DNA of 64,000 nucleotides from Octopus bimaculoides (lineage: Eukaryota). Positions 63,666 through 64,000 of the stretch are shown here, piece after piece. The translations under genes were made by a program, and so were the position numbers. Where the stretch lies: assembly GCF_001194135.2 (NCBI RefSeq), contig NC_068982.1, positions 128,426,307 to 128,490,306 of the forward strand, written 5' to 3'. Each line of letters starts with the position of its first letter. Within the stretch, counting starts at the first letter, position 1. A model generated the notes under the pieces. The model was not told the origin of the DNA and searched no databases. It saw only the letters and a program-made list of their open reading frames with translations.

Positions 63666-64000
63666 TCTTACAGAAACAGATTTTTTAAATGAGAATCTTG
63701 TTCTTACTGGAAATGTTTTAAACAGTATTATTTCCTTTTATACTGCAATATATCTGGAAAATATTTGTTTATTTTCTACAGATATGAGTCACAAAAAATA
63801 TTTTTAAATAAGAAAATTTAACCTTTTAATATTCCCTTATAAGTTGAATGTCAAAGGAAAGCTAACAATTATAATAAATAGCAACAAAAAAGAAATTAGC
63901 TGAAAATCATTACAAGCATTTAATAAGAAAAAAATTGAAATATTTAAATTTAGAACTTTTATGGCAAATAAATATAGAGAAATAAACTAATGTAAAACAA

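Overview
AT-rich animal genomic DNA from a gapped short-read-style assembly (11 N-gaps). The repeat repertoire (tRNA-derived SINEs with internal microsatellites, RTE LINE 3' ends with (GAT)n tails, dense micro-satellites) looks like an octopus/coleoid cephalopod genome; this is inferred from my recognition of the repeats, not from a database search. One protein-coding gene is supported, on the minus strand, and it extends beyond both window ends. It is a titin/obscurin-like Ig-domain protein with three exons linked by canonical, phase-matched splice sites: 24229-24057 (C-terminal half of an I-set Ig domain), a giant ~6.2-kb exon 17009-10752, and 1933-1807 (N-terminal half of the next Ig domain). 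The giant exon encodes a basic R/S/Y-rich segment, 16 PEVK-like 11-aa repeats, a 33-aa higher-order repeat built from three 11-mers, acidic linkers and a cluster of RQx[ST]xD motifs. The rest is intronic and packed with mobile DNA: an RTE LINE with a PHD-like insertion, many RTE-tail repeats, several SINE families, Dong/R4-like LINE fragments sitting in (TAA)n tracts, two mariner relics, MITEs, a 404-bp near-perfect hairpin, and a Penelope-like fragment carrying a tRNA-like Pol III head and a minimal hammerhead ribozyme motif. Most ORFs in the supplied track are microsatellite, N-gap or antisense artefacts.
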